A DNA stretch of 63,534 nucleotides, filler included, from Rhabdomonas costata (Eukaryota): assembly GCA_019059605.1 (NCBI GenBank). It is 46 parts of 46 records of this genome, joined end to end, with 100 filler letters (N's around TTAATTAATTAA, not from the genome) between each part and the next. Parts side by side here need not be neighbours in the genome. Positions count along the whole stretch, not along the records: positions 60,869 to 62,151 come from JAHMHO010020729.1; positions 62,252 to 63,534 come from JAHMHO010020730.1; 44 more parts are not named here. One strand, 5' to 3'. How positions within the stretch are numbered: position 1 is the first letter of the stretch; every line of letters begins with the position of its first letter. The notes beneath the pieces are model-generated. The model made no database searches. It saw only the letters and a program-made list of their open reading frames with translations, and was not told the DNA's origin. The position numbers and the translations under genes were made by a program. Below are positions 60,893 through 63,534 of the stretch, in pieces.

Positions 60893-62151
60893 TGCGGAGC
60901 AGAGCGAGGACCTGTCGAAGCGGCTGGCTAGCCTCACGGACCACGTCACGCTGAGCTTCTACTCCAACGTGTGCCGGTCGCTGTTCGAGAAGCACAAGCT
61001 GATGCTCTCGTTCATGCTGTGCACGAACATCCTTCGCAGCGAGGGCAAGCTGGATGAGCTGGAGTTCCGGTACCTGCTCTCCGGGGCCACCAGCGTGGTG
61101 GCGGAGCTGCCCAACCCCAACCCGGACTGGCTGGTGGACGCCGTGTGGTCGGACCTGCAGTTCATCTCCAAGAACCTTCCCGCGTTTGAGGGGTTCGCCG
61201 AGTCCTTCCGGGACCAGGTCCCCGTGTGTGTGTGTGTGTGTGTGTGCGGGCAGCAAGAATTCGGACGCGCGGTCCAGAGCATTTTCAAACGTGGGGTGGG
61301 GCCTCTTAGACTTTTGCGGTGGTGATGGGGGAGTAATTGTCAGCTTCGAGTCAATTGCGTGGAGATAAAGGCTGGTGGGGTTTTTTATGCATACGTGTGG
61401 GCACCGTCGAGAAACCCTCCCCTGCGCTGGTGGAAATAATTGGCACCAGATATAAGAAAAAGTAAAGAGCCGCCAAGGGGGTGTGGGTGGGTACCTGCCT
61501 GAGGGTGCAAGGACCGGCCACACTGCGTTCCGGGAGGCCCACTTTACACAAGAAAGACCTCGGGCCTCCTTCGGCTTTGCCCTCAATGGCCCTTTTTGGA
61601 ATAAAAATTAAGCAACTTCTCTGATTATCAGGTGAAGGATTACCTCCTCAGGTAAAGTATAGGAGGATGCAAAAATGTGTGGTGTCCATAAAACTGAAGC
61701 TACATGGATTGGGCGAGAATTCTTTTAAAGATATTTTAAGGGAATCTCAAACAACATTCGATAAGCAAGTGAGACAGTGTCATCTTAGTGTTAGCTCAAA
61801 AGTGCACTTACCTTTACAACTGTTTGTTGGTTGCCCACCACAAACGCCAGAAGTTGCACGATTCGGCTTTGCACCTTCATCCCGTTGATCTGACTCACCC
61901 CCTAACAGCGACTCCTTCTGTTTCCTTCCCCATGTCTACCCTTCCCGTGCGCCTTCTCTGTTCAGGTCGAGCACTACAAGGGGTACTTCGATGACCAGGA
62001 CGCTCACCGGCACCCCCTGACGGAGCCCTGGGAGAGCAAGCTGAGCCGCCTGGAGCGGCTGATCGTGCTGAAGACGATCCGCCCCGACAAGGTGGTGGAG
62101 GGGGTGCAGGACTTCGTCGCGGCGTTCATGGACGAGCGCTACACCCACACC
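60893..62151 (+). CDS. DNAH: Axonemal dynein heavy chain (inner-arm-like), region between AAA5 and AAA6; exons 60893-61217, 61966->62151
   Basis: YSNVCRSLFEKHKLMLSFMLC...EFRYLLSG...PNPNPDWLVDAVW...LPAFEGF/...PLTEPWESKLSRLERLIVLKTIRPDKV; phase-0 GT-AG intron. Confidence 0.96.
61267..61584 (+). mobile_element. ~320-bp interspersed repeat, copy B, in the dynein intron just after a (TG)n tract
   Basis: Collinear with 36038-36356; its terminus is also found at 33015-33097. Confidence 0.8.
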
Positions 62152-62274
62152 NNNNNNNNNNNNNNNNNNNNNNNNNNNNNNNNNNNNNNNNNNNNTTAAT
62201 TAATTAANNNNNNNNNNNNNNNNNNNNNNNNNNNNNNNNNNNNNNNNNNNNTGTGGGGTGGTTCGCTTCAGTGC

Positions 62275-63529
62275 TCTCCATTGAGGAGAGCACTGAAGCG
62301 AACGTCCCCACAACAAAAATGAACGCTCACCGTCCAATTTCGAGTAACAAAATCAGGCAACAACATCGAGGTGGCGTCCAAATCCATCCAACATGTCTGT
62401 CAAAAAGCTAATCTGAACATAGATCCATACACTCACAACAAAGGCATCTGCATCTCTTGGGAATATCTCCCTTCCTCTTTTCTTCTCGGAAACTCATTCA
62501 GACCGCACGACTCTCAAATGTCACTTTCTCAACCAGAACTTAACCTGTGAGACCACCCTGCGATTTCCGAGGAGTCTCATCAAAAGCCATGGCGGACGCC
62601 AGGGACGATGCTTGTCCCATTATTGGGTGGATGACCCATAAAAAGTCAGCCTGAGGCTCTGTGCGGCGTCATACCCGATGCCGAGGCGGGGTCAGGCTGC
62701 CAGGGCTCGCTCGATCTGTGCCGCGGTGGTTTCCCATAGGGCTTTCCTCAGGGTCTTATCCGCGTCTTGAGCCGCGGCAGTGGGGGTGGCCACGGCGCAG
62801 TCCGAGAGGTAGGCTCCGGCGTGGGCCTCCAGCACGGGGGCCACACAGGCGAACACGGAGGTTGACGCACCCTGCGCGGCGTCCTTGTCGCGGGCGAACA
62901 TGTTGGTCAACCACCTCATCACTGAGGTCATGTGGCGCTGCAGAGGGGTGTTGATCACCCCGGGGTGCAAGCTGAAGGCCTTCACTGGGGTGCCCGCGCA
63001 GCGGTCGGAGAGCTCCTTTGCGAAGAGGATGTTCGCCAGCTTAGACTGGCCATAGGCGGTCCATGCGAAGTACCTCCGGTTCTGTGCAACACAAAAAGGG
63101 GGTTGGAGAACCACCTCTCACCAACCTCCAGACAGCTATGCTAGACCGAGCTTAGAGAAAAGAAGAGTGAAAGCGGAAAGGAGAGAAAAAAGAAAAAAGC
63201 ATATTTGCCGCAAACGATCGCTAGTGGGTGACTGCTGAAAAACCGTATGAGTGGAAAGACCTATGACAAGTGCCATACCATTGTCACAGAGAAAATAATT
63301 CAATACGACCAAATGACCAGTGACCAAGAATCCCTGCATTAGATGAACAAGAGCAAACGTTCCAGCAGATTACCAGGAAAAGAAAGTTGACGTAAAGGGG
63401 AAAAATCCTGATTCAGAATAGGCCCCGGGCTTTGAATAAACGGGCGACTTTTTCACCAGACCTCGAATATCACCAAAGAATGTAGTACTTCTCCATTGAG
63501 GAGAGCACTGAAGCGAACGTCCCCACAAC
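62275..63529 (+). repeat. 40-bp exact direct repeat at both contig ends (62275-62314, 63490-63529), period 1215 bp
   Basis: TCTCCATTGAGGAGAGCACTGAAGCGAACGTCCCCACAAC occurs twice. Confidence 0.95.
62692..63081 (-). CDS. Short-chain dehydrogenase/reductase (retinol dehydrogenase/WWOX/TIC32-like), last exon
   Basis: gttgcacag|AAC CGG...; AYGQSKLANILFAKEL (YxxxK), AFSLHPGVINTPLQRH, QGASTSVFA, GAYLSDC, ALWETT. Confidence 0.93.
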   Translation of the reverse strand, partial: NRRYFAWTAYGQSKLANILFAKELSDRCAGTPVKAFSLHPGVINTPLQRHMTSVMRWLTNMFARDKDAAQGASTSVFACVAPVLEAHAGAYLSDCAVATPTAAAQDADKTLRKALWETTAAQIERALAA

Positions 63530-63534
63530 CAAAA

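Larger units (their letters stand above)
1..63534. other. Artificial concatenation of 46 contigs (1276-1284 bp) separated by 45 100-nt spacers N44-TTAATTAATTAA-N44
   Basis: Seen directly: the spacer recurs about every 1384 nt (1285-1384, 2668-2767, 4052-4151 ... 62152-62251). TTAATTAATTAA puts stops in all six frames. Near-identical contig lengths suggest a length-sorted assembly. Confidence 0.99.

Noticed and set aside
62252..62312. Perfect 19-bp hairpin as a terminator, TIR or hairpin telomere
   Set aside because: The second copy at 63481 lacks the left arm and shows only a native TCTCC/GGAGA micro-inverted repeat. The arm is best explained by template switching from a mis-primed G/T primer.
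1..63534. Operon, defence island or gene-cluster reading of adjacent genes
   Set aside because: Neighbouring contigs are unrelated and appear ordered by length; the genes are spliceosomal-intron fragments.
1..63534. Uniform ~1.28-kb units with G/T-rich ends as telomere-capped nanochromosomes or minicircles
   Set aside because: The ends share no fixed repeat, units cut genes mid-exon or mid-intron, and uniform size is explained by length sorting.
1..63534. Alternative genetic code or stop-codon reassignment
   Set aside because: Conserved exons translate cleanly with the standard code, and TGA, TAA and TAG sit at plausible ends. In-frame stops occur only in TE relics or next to a frameshift.
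1..63534. rRNA, intact tRNA, snRNA or spliced-leader RNA genes
   Set aside because: None recognised by eye. A covariance-model scan is needed to exclude divergent small RNAs.

Overview
This window is not one locus. It is 46 unrelated contigs of about 1.28 kb, joined by identical 100-nt spacers (N44-TTAATTAATTAA-N44), so gene neighbourhood across spacers means nothing. Most contigs start with G/T-only and end with A/C-only bases, which suggests degenerate-primer whole-genome amplification of a single cell. The DNA is nuclear DNA of an intron-rich, flagellated, mitochondriate eukaryote; a euglenozoan/euglenid-like protist is my low-confidence guess. Gene fragments rebuilt exon by exon include an axonemal dynein heavy chain, STI1/HOP, AMP deaminase, mitochondrial uL3, ALKBH8-like and PLOD-like 2OG-Fe(II) oxygenases, an ABCG/PDR transporter, a CMGC kinase, an RBR-type RING2 protein, DEP and OB-fold domains, an SDR, and bacterial-type PepD and DUF917 genes. 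Mobile DNA includes a decayed Merlin (ISXO2-like) transposase, one clear and several weak tyrosine-recombinase remnants, and a ~320-bp interspersed repeat seen in three contigs. The most notable signals are: (i) 5' splice sites that almost never fit GTRAG and mostly carry a pyrimidine at +4; (ii) Cys-rich extracellular modules each encoded by one phase 1-1 exon and reused in different genes; (iii) the repeat family, which ends in a UUCG hairpin; (iv) a terminally redundant 1215-bp unit carrying a lone exon; (v) A-tract arrays phased at ~10 bp. I found no CRISPR array, rRNA, intact tRNA or prokaryotic operon, and no clearly demonstrated new biological system. All family calls come from motif recognition by eye, not from database searches.
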